DNA from: Dehalococcoidia bacterium
Lineage (GTDB): Bacteria; Chloroflexota; Dehalococcoidia; Lucifugimonadales; Australimonadaceae
Length of the DNA stretch: 64,000 nt
Assembly (NCBI GenBank): GCA_965248495.1
Contig: CBDFJL010000003.1
Coordinates: 1,343,966-1,407,965, forward strand
Direction of reading: 5' to 3'
The notes below the pieces were generated by a model. The model did no database searches. It saw only the letters and a program-made list of their open reading frames with translations, and had not been told where the DNA came from. This document shows, piece after piece, positions 19,360-29,713 of this stretch (positions are counted from its first letter, which is position 1; every line of letters begins with the position of its first letter). The translations under genes were made by a program, and so were the position numbers.

Positions 19360-19938
19360 ATGGAACAAACCGTCATCGAAGAGGAGACACCAGGGAGCGA
19401 GGGCAACTGGTACATCATCCACACCTATTCGGGCCAGGAGGACCGGGTCAAAAAGAACCTGGAGCTCCGGATCGAATCGATGGACGTGAAGGACAAGATC
19501 TTCCAAGTGGTCATCCCGACCGAAGAGGAGATCGAAATCAAAGAAGGCCAGCGGCGGTCCGTCCACCGCAAGGTCTTCCCCGGTTACATCCTGGTCCAGA
19601 TGGTCATGGACGACGACAGCTGGTACGTGGTCCGCAACACGCCCGGCGTCACCGGATTCGTCTCCGCCGAGGACGAGCGGGAGCGGCGCCCCAAGCCGGT
19701 ACCCCTCGAACCCCGCGAAGTAGACGCGATCATGAACCGGATGACGCAGGACACACCGCGCATCAGAGTCGGCCTCACGGTGGGACAGATGGTACGGATC
19801 ACCTCAGGCCCCTTCGCCGATTTCATGGGTTCAGTCGACCAGGTCGACCAGGACAAGGGAAAGGTGCGGGTGCTGGTCTCCTTCTTCGGGCGTGAGACGC
19901 CGGTAGAGCTCGACTTCCTCCAGGTTGAAAAGGTCTAA
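19360..19938 (+). CDS. nusG: transcription termination/antitermination factor NusG
   Basis: NGN domain ([18 protein letters not shown]) and a C-terminal KOW ([18 protein letters not shown]). Start ATG 19360. The ORF-track extension back to 18985 overlaps rpmG and secE. Confidence 0.9.
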   Translation: MEQTVIEEETPGSEGNWYIIHTYSGQEDRVKKNLELRIESMDVKDKIFQVVIPTEEEIEIKEGQRRSVHRKVFPGYILVQMVMDDDSWYVVRNTPGVTGFVSAEDERERRPKPVPLEPREVDAIMNRMTQDTPRIRVGLTVGQMVRITSGPFADFMGSVDQVDQDKGKVRVLVSFFGRETPVELDFLQVEKV

Positions 19939-19946
19939 ACGGAACG

Positions 19947-20372
19947 ATGGCTAAGAAAGTACGCACGATCCTGAAGCTCCAGCTCCCCGCCGGTGCCGCC
20001 ACGCCGGCACCGCCGGTGGGGCCCGCGCTCGGCCAGCACGGGATCAACATCATGGGCTTCGTCAAGGAGTACAACTCCCGCACCGCGACCCAGTCGGGGA
20101 CCATCATCCCCGTGGAGATCACGGTGTTCGAGGACACCTCCTTCACCTTCATCACCAAGACCCCGCCCGCTTCCGAGCTGCTGCGCAAGGCCGCTGGTAC
20201 CTCGAAGGGCAGCGCATCGGCGCGCGCCGAGAAGGTCGGCACCATCTCCCGCGCCGCCCTGCGCGAGATCGCCGAGGCCAAGCAGAAGGACCTGAGCGCC
20301 GCGACTGTCGAGGCGGCGATGAAGGTCATTGAGGGCACCGCGCGGAGCATGGGAGTGGACGTCGAGGGGTAG
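19947..20372 (+). CDS. rplK: 50S ribosomal protein L11
   Basis: [29 protein letters not shown] signature. Confidence 0.95.
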   Translation: MAKKVRTILKLQLPAGAATPAPPVGPALGQHGINIMGFVKEYNSRTATQSGTIIPVEITVFEDTSFTFITKTPPASELLRKAAGTSKGSASARAEKVGTISRAALREIAEAKQKDLSAATVEAAMKVIEGTARSMGVDVEG

Positions 20373-20426
20373 CCCCCTTCGACCTTCGGCGGAGCTCAGG
20401 ACAGGCTTCCGCATCTAGGAGAACCG

Positions 20427-21140
20427 ATGGCCAAGCACGGAAAGCGATACGTCGAGTCGGCAGGGTTGGTCGAGGACCAGCGCACCTACTCGCCCGCGGA
20501 GGCGATCGCGCTCGCCAAGAGTGGAGCCAACGCTAAGTTCGACGAAAGCGTGGAGTTTCACCTGCGGACCAACGCCGACCCGCGTCACGCCGACCAGCAG
20601 CTGCGGGGCATCGCCGTGCTGCCGCATGGCAGTGGGCGCCCCGTGCGTGTCGCCGTGTTCGCCCAGGCGGACGGTGCGCGTGCTGCAACCGAGGCGGGCG
20701 CGGAGGTAGTCGGCGACGACGACCTGATCGCGCGCGTCGAGGGAGGCTTCACCGACTTCGACGTGGCCATCGCGACGCCGGACATGATGGGCAAGATCGG
20801 GAAGCTCGGGCGCGTCCTCGGGCGCAAGGGCTTGATGCCCAACCCGCGGACCAACACCGTCGTGCAGCCGCACGACATCGGGACAGCCGTGACCGAGGCC
20901 AAGAAGGGCCGCGTGGAGCTGCGCATGGACCGCACCGCGATCATCCACTCGGCAATCGGCAAGGCGAGCTTCGACGAGGCCCATCTGGTGGCCAACCTCA
21001 CCTCGGTCATCGACACTATCAACCGGCTGAAGCCCGCGGGCGTCAAAGGCCCACTCGCCAAGACCGCCTACCTGACGACGACCATGGGGCCGGGCGTGCA
21101 GCTGGACCTGGCCGAGACCATGTCCCTACGGGCCGAGTAG
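20427..21140 (+). CDS. rplA: 50S ribosomal protein L1
   Basis: 237 aa. L1 pattern (KFDESVEFHLRT..DPRHADQQLRG). Follows rplK. Confidence 0.95.
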   Translation: MAKHGKRYVESAGLVEDQRTYSPAEAIALAKSGANAKFDESVEFHLRTNADPRHADQQLRGIAVLPHGSGRPVRVAVFAQADGARAATEAGAEVVGDDDLIARVEGGFTDFDVAIATPDMMGKIGKLGRVLGRKGLMPNPRTNTVVQPHDIGTAVTEAKKGRVELRMDRTAIIHSAIGKASFDEAHLVANLTSVIDTINRLKPAGVKGPLAKTAYLTTTMGPGVQLDLAETMSLRAE

Positions 21141-21402
21141 CAGGCAGCCAAGTCTGCGGGATTGACGCCGTGGGCCGGTTGCCCGAAACTTGACGTTCAA
21201 ATAGAGCGTGACCGAAGACAGCGGGTCCCCGAGTGCTCGGGGTTAAGCCTGGAAGGGCCCGCCGAGGAAGCGCAGGTCGGTGAGCAGCTCACCGACATCT
21301 GCGATTGCCCGCGTCTTCGGACCGGGCCTTTTTATTGGCTGCCGCCAACGTGAGCCGTCTGACCGACGGCCGCACCAGAGTGGCGCCGTAGAGGTGTAGA
21401 AA
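21141..21402 (+). promoter_or_regulatory. rplJ (L10) leader region with an attenuator-like hairpin
   Basis: A 262-nt untranslated spacer. 9-bp hairpin GTCGGTGAG-cag-CTCACCGAC. A UUCG-capped stem GCCCGcGTC/GACCGGGC (21307-21327) followed by CTTTTTATT (21328-21336). Confidence 0.45.
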
Positions 21403-21930
21403 GTGGCGACAGAGGCAAAAGTACGGGACGTCGCGGCGCTGGCTGAGCTGTTCGGCAAAGCGAAGGTCATGATCGCGACCGACTTCAGCGGCCTCTCCGT
21501 GAACCAGATGACCGACCTGCGGCGCCGCCTTAGGGAGCAGGGCGCCGAGTTCCGCGTCGTCAAGAACCGCCTCGCGCTGCGAGCCGCCGAGGGGGCGGGC
21601 TCGGCGCTGGTGCCGGGGCTGCTGGTCGGTGTGACCGGGATCGCCTTCAGCTACGACGACCCCGTCACCGTCGCGAAGATACTGGACGATTACGTGAAGG
21701 AGACCCGTTCGCCGTTGAAGGTGCGCGATGGCATCGTGGACGGCGAACTCTACAGCGCAGCGCAGGTAACCGCGCTGGCGAGCGTGCCGCCGAGGGACGT
21801 CCTCCTTGGCCGTCTCGTTAGCCACCTGAACTCGCCCATCATGCGGCTGGTCTGGGCGCTCAACGGCAGCCTACAAGGACTGGCGACGGTACTCCAGAGG
21901 CGGGCCGAGCAGTTGGACTCGGCCGGTTAG
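21403..21930 (+). CDS. rplJ: 50S ribosomal protein L10
   Basis: 175 aa. GTG start after GAGGTG. Position before rplL. Confidence 0.9.
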   Translation: MATEAKVRDVAALAELFGKAKVMIATDFSGLSVNQMTDLRRRLREQGAEFRVVKNRLALRAAEGAGSALVPGLLVGVTGIAFSYDDPVTVAKILDDYVKETRSPLKVRDGIVDGELYSAAQVTALASVPPRDVLLGRLVSHLNSPIMRLVWALNGSLQGLATVLQRRAEQLDSAG

Positions 21931-21997
21931 CGCCTCGGCCTGTTAGCAATCGTACACGCGGCCGCGGGCCGCTAGAGAAAAATCAGGAGCACGAGCA

Positions 21998-22381
21998 ATG
22001 GCAACCAAAGATGAGCTGATGGAGGGTATCAAAGGCCTCTCCGTGGTGGAGCTGAACGAGCTGGTCAAGGCCCTCGAAGAGGAGTTCGGCGTGAGCGCGG
22101 CCGCCCCCATGGCGATGGCCGCGGCCCCTGGTGCCGGTGCGACGGCCGCCGCCGGAGGTGACGAGGAGCCGACCGAGTTCACCGTCCTCCTCAAGGAGTT
22201 CGGCGCGAACAAGATCAACGTCATCAAGGCAGTTCGTGAAGTCACGAACCTCGGTCTGCGCGAGGCGAAGGATCTCGTGGAGGCGGCCCCGACCAACGTG
22301 AAGGAGGGCATCGCCAAGGAGGAGGCCGACTCCATCAAGGCGAAGCTCGAAGAGGCGGGCGCGACCGTCGCCTTCGCGTAG
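21998..22381 (+). CDS. rplL: 50S ribosomal protein L7/L12
   Basis: Ala/Gly-rich hinge. C-terminal [24 protein letters not shown] motif. Confidence 0.95.
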   Translation: MATKDELMEGIKGLSVVELNELVKALEEEFGVSAAAPMAMAAAPGAGATAAAGGDEEPTEFTVLLKEFGANKINVIKAVREVTNLGLREAKDLVEAAPTNVKEGIAKEEADSIKAKLEEAGATVAFA

Positions 22382-22407
22382 ACCGCAGCGCTTTCCCGAC
22401 GAAGATC

Positions 22408-22440
22408 AAGGGGCAGTCCTCCATCAGGGGGCTGCCCCTT
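22408..22440 (+). terminator. stem-loop after rplL
   Basis: AAGGGGCAG...CTGCCCCTT, a 9-bp stem. No clear U-tract. Confidence 0.4.
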
Positions 22441-22538
22441 CGTGCACCCCCGGGTTACCCCCGCGGGTTGCCGATGGTAGGCTACCGCCCGGTCAGCAGA
22501 GTGGCTCAGCACGAACGGGAACGGCACGGGAGAGGCTC

Positions 22539-23993
22539 ATGCGCAGCGACGGCCTGACCCCCGAAAAGCAGGTCATCTTCGACTACGTCGACGCGAACGC
22601 CGATGCCCTTGCGCTGCTTGGCGACAACATCTACTACTTCGGCGAGCTCGGCATGCAGGAGTACGAGTCGGCAGGGCTCATGACCGAGGTACTCGAGGAG
22701 CACGGCTTCGAGGTCGCTCGCGGCATCTCGGGCATGCCGACCGCGTTCCTCGCCACATACGGCACTGGCAAGCCGGTCATCGCCATCCACACGGAGTACG
22801 ACGCCAACCCGGACAACTCCCAGGTGCCTGGCGTGGCCGAGCACCGCCCCATCATCGAGGGCGCGCCGGGTCACTGCGAAGGCCACAACGTCAACGCCGC
22901 CGTCATGGTCGCCACTGGCCTTGCGGTCAAGAAGGCGATGGACGAATTCGGACTCCGCGGCACCATCAAGCTCTTCGGCTCACCCGGCGAGGAGCAGATC
23001 ATCAGCCGCCCCTACTTCGTCCGCGACGGCCACTTCGCCGACGTCGACCTGGCGTTCCACGACCACATCCACCGGGAGTTCAAGGCCGAGTACGGGCTGA
23101 TGCAGTTCTCCGTCATATCGGTCGAGTTCACCTTCCGCGGCGAGACGGCTCATGGCGCCTACCCCTGGCGGGGACGCGACGCGCTGGACGCCGTGATGAT
23201 GATGGACGCGGGCATGGCGCAGTTCCGCGGCCATATGGAGACAACCATGCGGGCAGGGCGCGTCGTGACCGATGGTGGGGAGCAGCCCAACGTCATCCCG
23301 GCCCACGCCAGCATCTGGTGGTACCTCCGTGGGGCGACCGCCGCGCAGTCCACGAAGCTGCTGGAGCAGGCGCGCAGGTGTGCGGAGGCGGCCGCCCTTG
23401 CCACCAACACCACCCACGAGGAGCGGCTGCTGGCGGCGTCTTGGCCCGTGCGCGGCAACCAGACCCTGGCCGAGGTCACCCAGCGAAACGTCGAGCTGGT
23501 CGGCGTGCCCGAGTGGACGGGCGAGGAGCAGGAGCTGGCCCGCGAGCTGCAGCGCAAGGCCAACGTGGACGTCGAGGGCCTGAAGACGGAGCTCGTGCCG
23601 ATGCTGGGGCCGACCGCCCAGCTCCCGTCCGGCAACGACTGCGGAGACATCTCATGGGTCGTGCCGATGACGCGGCTCTCGTTCCCGTCCAACATCCCCA
23701 ATGTCGGCTATCACCACTGGGCGGCTGGAGTCGCACTGGCGACGTCCATCGCGCACAAGGGCGCGGTCGCCGGCACGAAGGCCCTCGCCGCCTCGGTGCT
23801 CGACTTCCTCGAGCAGCCCGAGCTGGTCGCCGAAGCGCAGCGAACCTTCGCGCAGGAGACAGCCGGCGTGACGTACGCGCCCATCATTCCGCTGCACCAG
23901 GACCCGCCAATCGACCGCAACGTCGGCGCGATGGAGCACTGGCGGCCGCTCCAACGCGAGCACTACCTGTCCAGCAAGCCCGCCTTCACCTAG
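22539..23993 (+). CDS. M20-family amidohydrolase (AbgB-like)
   Basis: 484 aa. M20D pattern (YYFGELGMQEYES..., IAIHTEYDA, GHCEGHN). Confidence 0.7.
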   Translation: MRSDGLTPEKQVIFDYVDANADALALLGDNIYYFGELGMQEYESAGLMTEVLEEHGFEVARGISGMPTAFLATYGTGKPVIAIHTEYDANPDNSQVPGVAEHRPIIEGAPGHCEGHNVNAAVMVATGLAVKKAMDEFGLRGTIKLFGSPGEEQIISRPYFVRDGHFADVDLAFHDHIHREFKAEYGLMQFSVISVEFTFRGETAHGAYPWRGRDALDAVMMMDAGMAQFRGHMETTMRAGRVVTDGGEQPNVIPAHASIWWYLRGATAAQSTKLLEQARRCAEAAALATNTTHEERLLAASWPVRGNQTLAEVTQRNVELVGVPEWTGEEQELARELQRKANVDVEGLKTELVPMLGPTAQLPSGNDCGDISWVVPMTRLSFPSNIPNVGYHHWAAGVALATSIAHKGAVAGTKALAASVLDFLEQPELVAEAQRTFAQETAGVTYAPIIPLHQDPPIDRNVGAMEHWRPLQREHYLSSKPAFT

Positions 23994-24154
23994 CCGCGCG
24001 TGCCGCTCAGGCGGTTCTTACGCACTTCACACGCTTTGCTTACGTTGCGCTGGTAGCGGTGCGACATCCCGGCCATGACAGGCGTGAGGCGGGCCCTCAT
24101 CATTGCGCATTGAGCCCAGTCCTTGGGGGCCCAATCCTTGGCTGAGGTCCTGGC

Positions 24155-24865
24155 ATGGCGACACGCCTGCGCGAGCTCGAATACCGGCTCATGATTCGCG
24201 ACCTTCCAACCGGCGAGCGCCCCCGCGAACGGTTGAGGGACAGCGGCGCGGCCTCGCTCTCCAACGCGGAGCTTCTCGCCATCCTCATGCGCACAGGGAC
24301 AAGCGCCGAGAGCGTGCTGGACCAGGCGACGCGCCTCCTGGCGGACTTCGGCGGGTTGGACGGATTGGCGCGCGCCAGCTACGGCGAGCTCTGCCAGGTC
24401 CATGGCTTCGGTGAAGCGAAGTCGGCTCAGCTGCTGGCCGCCGTCGAGGTGGGGAGGCGGCTCGCCGGCCCGCGAAGTCCCGAGCGGCCTGCCATTCGTA
24501 CGCCGCGAGACATTGCCGACCTGCTGCTTGCCGAGATGGCGCTCCTCGACCAGGAGCACTTCCGGGTGGTGGTGCTGAACACCAAGAACCAGGTCATGGG
24601 CTCGCAGACGGTGTTCATCGGCACTGTGAACGCCACGACTATCCGCACTGCCGAGGTCTTTCGGGACGCCGTCCGGCGCAACTGCCCGGCCGTGGTCGTC
24701 GCGCACAACCACCCCTCCGGCGACCCGACACCGAGCGCCGAGGACATCGCCGTCACGCGGGAGCTGGTCGCGGCAGGCAAAGCGCTGGAGATCGAGGTGC
24801 TGGACCACGTCGTCATTGGCCGTCACGGGTTCGTCAGCCTGAAGGAGCGGGGGCTCGGGTTCTAG
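24155..24865 (+). CDS. radC: RadC-family JAB/MPN domain protein
   Basis: N-terminal HhH region (LSNAELLAILMRTG). C-terminal JAB motif VVAHNHPSGDPTPSAED. Confidence 0.85.
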   Translation: MATRLRELEYRLMIRDLPTGERPRERLRDSGAASLSNAELLAILMRTGTSAESVLDQATRLLADFGGLDGLARASYGELCQVHGFGEAKSAQLLAAVEVGRRLAGPRSPERPAIRTPRDIADLLLAEMALLDQEHFRVVVLNTKNQVMGSQTVFIGTVNATTIRTAEVFRDAVRRNCPAVVVAHNHPSGDPTPSAEDIAVTRELVAAGKALEIEVLDHVVIGRHGFVSLKERGLGF

Positions 24866-24977
24866 CGGCGCGCCCCAACCGGCGCTGGGGCGTGGCCCGT
24901 GCCCACCGTGCGCGCGCGGGCTTGTCGCTGGCGCAGGGGAGGGCATAGGCTCTCGGAAGCCGACGCAGGGAGGACCC

Positions 24978-26141
24978 ATGGACGCCAAGGACGGTGTACG
25001 CGAGCGATTGAATGCGGCGCGGGCGGGGCTCGTTGAGCTGAGCCGCCGTATTCACGCGACCCCGGAGATCGCCTACGAGGAGGAGAAGGCATCCGTCTGG
25101 CTCTGCGAGGCGCTGGACGCCGCGGGCTTCGCCGTCGAGCGGGGCGTTGCTGGACTACCGACCGCCTTCAAAGCGACCTATGGCTCTGGCCCGCTGAACA
25201 TCGGCATCTGCTCCGAGTACGACGCCCTGCCGGGCGTCGGCCACGCATGCGGCCACAACATCATCGCGACGGCGGGGATCGGCGCGGCCATTGCCGTGGC
25301 CCAATTCGCCGATGACCTTGGGCTCACCATCACCGTGATGGGCACGCCGGCCGAGGAGTACATCAAGTCGGGGGGCAAGATCACCATGCTGGAACGGGGT
25401 GCGTTCGATGGGCTGAACGCCGCCATCATGGTCCACCCCATGCCGGAGGACGTGGTGGCGGTGCCGCTGATCGCCGCCGCCGGCTTCGAGGTGCGCTACC
25501 ACGGCAAGTCCGCTCATGCCTCCGCGGCCCCCGACCAGGGGATCAACGCCGGCGACGCCATGACGATAGCCCAGGCCGCCATTGGGCTGATGCGGCCGAC
25601 GCTGCGACCGACAGACCGTGTCCACGGCATCGTCACCAAAGGCGGCGACGCCTTCAACATCATCCCGGAGCTGGTCACCGGCGACTTCGGCGTCCGCGCC
25701 ACGACGCTGGCCGACCTCGACTCCGTCTACCAGAAAGTCTTGCGCTGCTTCGAGGCGGGCGCGGTGGCCACCGGGGCAAGGCTGGAGATCGACGGCGGGG
25801 CCAAGCCGTTCGCCCATATGGTCCACGACGCGGAGCTGGCGGAGCTCTACGGCCGAAACCTTGCCGATTCCGGCCGAACCTTCATCACCGAGGAGGAGGC
25901 ATGGCGCAGGCCGGCGTCCAGCGATATGGGGAACGTCTCGTTGGAGCTGCCGTCCATGCATCCCGGCATCAGGATCGACACCAAGGGTGCGGTCAACCAC
26001 CAACCCGAGTTCACCGCCGCCTGCGCCACCGAATCGGCCGACCAGGCGGTGTACGACGGCGCGCTCGGGCTCGCGCTCACCGCCGTGGACATGGCCACGA
26101 TACCGAGCCTGCGCGGGCGGCTGATGGCGAGCCGCAAGTAG
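24978..26141 (+). CDS. M20-family metallopeptidase/amidohydrolase
   Basis: 387 aa. IHATPEIAYEEEKAS, ACGHN metal motif, dimerisation insert. Confidence 0.7.
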   Translation: MDAKDGVRERLNAARAGLVELSRRIHATPEIAYEEEKASVWLCEALDAAGFAVERGVAGLPTAFKATYGSGPLNIGICSEYDALPGVGHACGHNIIATAGIGAAIAVAQFADDLGLTITVMGTPAEEYIKSGGKITMLERGAFDGLNAAIMVHPMPEDVVAVPLIAAAGFEVRYHGKSAHASAAPDQGINAGDAMTIAQAAIGLMRPTLRPTDRVHGIVTKGGDAFNIIPELVTGDFGVRATTLADLDSVYQKVLRCFEAGAVATGARLEIDGGAKPFAHMVHDAELAELYGRNLADSGRTFITEEEAWRRPASSDMGNVSLELPSMHPGIRIDTKGAVNHQPEFTAACATESADQAVYDGALGLALTAVDMATIPSLRGRLMASRK

Positions 26142-26285
26142 GGGCCCTCGCACAGGCGCGCTCCTTGACGCCCGCACCCGTGGTGATACCCTACCGACCG
26201 CCCGCGAGGACGAGCGCGGCACCGGTTCCGAAAGCCCGCCTCGCCTCGCGACCAAGCCCGCCTAGAGACTCAGAAGGAGACACCC

Positions 26286-26870
26286 GTGAAGCACGAGCTA
26301 CCGCCACTGCCGTACGCAATGGACGCCCTCCAGCCGCACATATCGAACGAGACGCTCGATTTCCACTACGGCAAGCACCACCAGGCCTACGTCAACAACC
26401 TGAACAACCTCATCGAGGGAACGGAGTTCGCCGACTCCTCGCTGGAAGACATCATCGCGAAGGCCCCGGCGGGTCCGATATTCAACAACGCCGCCCAGGT
26501 GTGGAACCACACGTGTTACTGGAACAGCATGAGCCCCAACGGCGGCGGAGAGCCGTCCGGCGCACTGGCTGACGCCATCAACAAGGCGTTCGGCTCTTTC
26601 GACGAGTTCAAGACGCAGTTCTCCGCCCGCGCGGCTGGAAACTTCGGATCCGGCTGGACCTGGCTGGTAAAGAACGCCGACGGCTCGGTGGAGATCGTCA
26701 ACACGAGCGGCGCGGGCAACCCAATGACCGACGGCAAGGCGCCGATCCTGACATGCGACGTCTGGGAGCACGCCTACTACATCGACTACCGCAATGCCCG
26801 GCCCGCGTACGTCGCGGCCTGGTGGAACCTCGTGAATTGGGAGTCCGCCGCAGCGGCACTGGCCGGCTAA
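26286..26870 (+). CDS. sodB: superoxide dismutase, Fe-type
   Basis: LPYAMDALQPHIS..FHYGKHH, AAQVWNHTCYW (Fe-type Gln position), DVWEHAYY. GTG start after GAAGGAG. Confidence 0.85.
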   Translation: MKHELPPLPYAMDALQPHISNETLDFHYGKHHQAYVNNLNNLIEGTEFADSSLEDIIAKAPAGPIFNNAAQVWNHTCYWNSMSPNGGGEPSGALADAINKAFGSFDEFKTQFSARAAGNFGSGWTWLVKNADGSVEIVNTSGAGNPMTDGKAPILTCDVWEHAYYIDYRNARPAYVAAWWNLVNWESAAAALAG

Positions 26871-26891
26871 CCGGCAGAAGTTACCGAGACC

Positions 26892-26927
26892 AAAAGGGGC
26901 AGCGCCTAAGCGCTGCCCCTTTTATTG
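26892..26927. terminator. bidirectional terminator between sodB and hemL
   Basis: AAAA-GGGGCAGCGC-ctaa-GCGCTGCCCC-TTTTATT. A perfect 10-bp stem flanked by A and T tracts. Confidence 0.75.
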
Positions 26928-26955
26928 TCTGGTCGCCAAGACGATGATCTTGGCG

Positions 26956-28242
26956 CTACGACAGCGTGGCTAGCGCGGCCTGGGACTGCTCGCTTGCGAA
27001 GGCCAGGTCCTCGGCCGTGTGGGCCAGCGAGACGAAGGCCGACTCGAACTGCGACGGCGCCAGGTAGACGCCTCGGTCCAGCATGGCGTGAAAGAAGTTA
27101 GCGTAGGCGGTCGTGTCCGCGTCGGCCACCTCGGTCCAAGTCGTCACCGGCCCCTCGCAGAAGAACGCCGTGAGCATGGAGCCGACGCGGTTGACGGCCA
27201 TCGGCACCCCCGCTTCGCTCGCCCCGGCAAGCAGGCTGGCCTCGACGGTAGCGCCGAGGCCCTCCAGCGTCTCATAGGTTCCCGGCTGCGCCAGCGCGTC
27301 AAGGCAGGCGATGCCGGCTGCGACAGCGAGCGGGTTGCCGGACAACGTGCCCGCCTGGTAGGCGCCGCCCAGAGGCGAGACCATGCGCATGGCGTCGGCC
27401 CTGCCTCCGTACGCCCCCACCGGCAGCCCGCCGCCGATGACCTTGCCGAGGCACGTCAGGTCCGGCCGGACGCCGTACCGGGCCTGCGCTCCGCCGTACG
27501 CGACGCGAAACCCGGTGATGACCTCGTCGAAGATCAGCAGCGCGCTGTGCTCGTCGGCCAGCCGTCGCAGGCCCTCGAGAAACCCCGCCGCTGGGGGAAC
27601 GACGCCCATGTTGCCCGCCGCCGGCTCGACGATGATGGCGGCGATGCGGTTCAGGTTCGCTTGCAGCACCGCCTCGACGGTGTCCAGGCGGTTGTACTCG
27701 GCCACCAGCGTCTCCGCGGCATAGCCCAGGGGCACGCCGGAGCTCGTGGGTACGCCGTGGGTCGCCGCGCCGGAGCCCGCCTTGACCAGCAAACCGTCGG
27801 CGTGGCCGTGGTAGCAGCCGTTGAACTTGAGCACCTTGTCGCGGCCGGTGTAGGCGCGTGCCGTGCGGATGGCGCTCATGGTCGCTTCGGTCCCCGAGCT
27901 CACGAGGCGCATCATCTCGATCGACGGCATCGCGGCGCGGATGCGCTCCGCCAGCTCGACCTCGCCCTCGGTCGGCGCACCGAAGGACGTGCCGTTGGCG
28001 GCGGCTTGCTGTACAGCTTCGACGATGGCCGGGTGGGCATGGCCCAGGATCAGCGGCCCCCACGAGCCGAGGAAATCCAGGTACTCGTTGCCGTCGACGT
28101 CCCAGACGCGGGCGCCCTTGCCGCGGGCGATGAACGGCGGCGAGCCGCCGACACCGCCGAACGACCGCACCGGCGAGTTGACGCCGCCGGGCATCAGGCC
28201 TTGGGCGCGCGCGAAGAGGGCTTCAGAAAGCGTGTGGTCCAT
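26956..28242 (-). CDS. hemL: glutamate-1-semialdehyde 2,1-aminomutase
   Basis: 428 aa. GGVNSPVRSF N-terminal motif and class-III aminotransferase fold. Confidence 0.9.
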   Translation of the reverse strand: MDHTLSEALFARAQGLMPGGVNSPVRSFGGVGGSPPFIARGKGARVWDVDGNEYLDFLGSWGPLILGHAHPAIVEAVQQAAANGTSFGAPTEGEVELAERIRAAMPSIEMMRLVSSGTEATMSAIRTARAYTGRDKVLKFNGCYHGHADGLLVKAGSGAATHGVPTSSGVPLGYAAETLVAEYNRLDTVEAVLQANLNRIAAIIVEPAAGNMGVVPPAAGFLEGLRRLADEHSALLIFDEVITGFRVAYGGAQARYGVRPDLTCLGKVIGGGLPVGAYGGRADAMRMVSPLGGAYQAGTLSGNPLAVAAGIACLDALAQPGTYETLEGLGATVEASLLAGASEAGVPMAVNRVGSMLTAFFCEGPVTTWTEVADADTTAYANFFHAMLDRGVYLAPSQFESAFVSLAHTAEDLAFASEQSQAALATLS

Positions 28243-28245
28243 GGC

Positions 28246-28683
28246 CTATCCCCACGCGAGAAGGACTTGCAGCGCGACCGGGTCGTTCAGGGTCGCGCGA
28301 AACTTGTCGAAGTCGGCGATCAGCGACCAGCGGTTGCGGTAGATGGCGAGCCGCTCGCGCATCGGCTCGTCCGCCGGCTCGTCCAGGGCGAGGACGCCGC
28401 CGTCGGAGAAGCGGTCGAAGGCGCCAGACGGCAGCACCCACGCCTCCGCCGGATCGGTGCTGACCACGCCCAGGACGAACAGCGACGGTCGCGGACGCCG
28501 TACCCGCGCCTCCAGGGCATTCGGCGTCGGCATTCGCGCCAGACGCAGCTCGACGAAGTGGCCTTGGTTGACGCGAGCGACGAGGTCCGCGGAGGATTCT
28601 GCCAGCGGGGCGAAGAGCTCGGCGCCAAGGCTGGTCAGCTCGCGCACGACGAGGTGCCAGGCGGGGTCGCGCTCCTTCGCCAA
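28246..28683 (-). CDS. hypothetical protein embedded between hemB and hemL
   Basis: 145-aa ORF with genome-typical G+C. 2-3 nt gaps to both neighbours, so it is co-transcribed. No family recognised. Confidence 0.55.
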   Translation of the reverse strand: MAKERDPAWHLVVRELTSLGAELFAPLAESSADLVARVNQGHFVELRLARMPTPNALEARVRRPRPSLFVLGVVSTDPAEAWVLPSGAFDRFSDGGVLALDEPADEPMRERLAIYRNRWSLIADFDKFRATLNDPVALQVLLAWG

Positions 28684-28684
28684 T

Positions 28685-29713
28685 CTACGCCTCTACCCGC
28701 AGAAGCCGGGCGGCGTCCTTGGCGAAGTAGGTGATGAGCAGGTCGGCGCCGGCCCGTTTGATGCTGGTCAGCGTCTCCATCATGACCGCCTGCTCGTCCA
28801 CCCAGCCGTTCGCACCGGCCGCCTTGATCATGGCGTACTCGCCGGAGACGTTGTAAGCGGCGATGGGGTGGTCGAATCGCTCCCGAGCCTGGGCCAGGAT
28901 GTCCAGATAGGCGAGGGCGGGCTTGATCAGCAGGATGTCCGCGCCCTCGGCGGCATCCTGCTCCAGCTCGCGCATCGCCTCGCGGGCGTTGGCACCATCC
29001 ATCTGGTACGCGCGACGATCGCCGTAGCGTGGCGCCGACTCGGCCGCGACCCGGAACGGGCCGTAGTACGCGGACGCCGCCTTCGACGCATAGGCCATCA
29101 CCGCCACGTCCTCGTGGCCCGCATCGTCCAGCGCCGCGCGAATCGTCGCCACCTGTCCATCCATCATGGCCGACGGGCCAACGATGTCCGCGCCTGCCTC
29201 GGCGTGGGATACCGCGGTCCTGGCCAGGAGCTCCAGCGTCGCGTCGTTATCGACGCCCTCGCCGTCGTGAGCAAGGACCCCGCAGTGCCCGTGGTCCGTG
29301 TACTCGCAGAGGCACACGTCCGTTATGACGACAAGGTCCGTGGCGTGCTTGATGGCGGCGACCGCCTCCTGCACGATCCCTTGCGGGTCGTATGCCTCAG
29401 AGCCGGCGGGGTCCTTCTGTGAAGGTATGCCGAACAGCAGGACGGCGCGGACTCCCAGGGCCTCCGCCTCGGCGACCTCCCCGAGCAGGTGGTCGAGCGA
29501 GTACTGGAACTGCCCTGGCATGGGCTCGATGGGCATTCGCACGTCGCGGCCGTGCGTGACGAAGAGCGGGTAGACGAGGTCGGCAGGCGACAACGTCGTC
29601 TCTCGGAACATTCGCCGCATCGAAGCCGTCCGGCGTAGCCGGCGCATGCGCACGTTGGGGAAGCCCGCGCTGCCCGCTCGCGAGATGGCCCTGTGACGCA
29701 AGAGTTCGCTCAC
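28685..29713 (-). CDS. hemB: porphobilinogen synthase (zinc-type)
   Basis: [14 protein letters not shown] zinc-binding Cys cluster. Active-site lysine regions. Confidence 0.9.
   Translation of the reverse strand: MSELLRHRAISRAGSAGFPNVRMRRLRRTASMRRMFRETTLSPADLVYPLFVTHGRDVRMPIEPMPGQFQYSLDHLLGEVAEAEALGVRAVLLFGIPSQKDPAGSEAYDPQGIVQEAVAAIKHATDLVVITDVCLCEYTDHGHCGVLAHDGEGVDNDATLELLARTAVSHAEAGADIVGPSAMMDGQVATIRAALDDAGHEDVAVMAYASKAASAYYGPFRVAAESAPRYGDRRAYQMDGANAREAMRELEQDAAEGADILLIKPALAYLDILAQARERFDHPIAAYNVSGEYAMIKAAGANGWVDEQAVMMETLTSIKRAGADLLITYFAKDAARLLRVEA

Noticed and set aside
18985-19938. A 317-aa ORF suggesting an N-terminally extended NusG.
   Set aside because: The extension overlaps rpmG and secE in other frames. 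The NGN domain begins right after ATG 19360.
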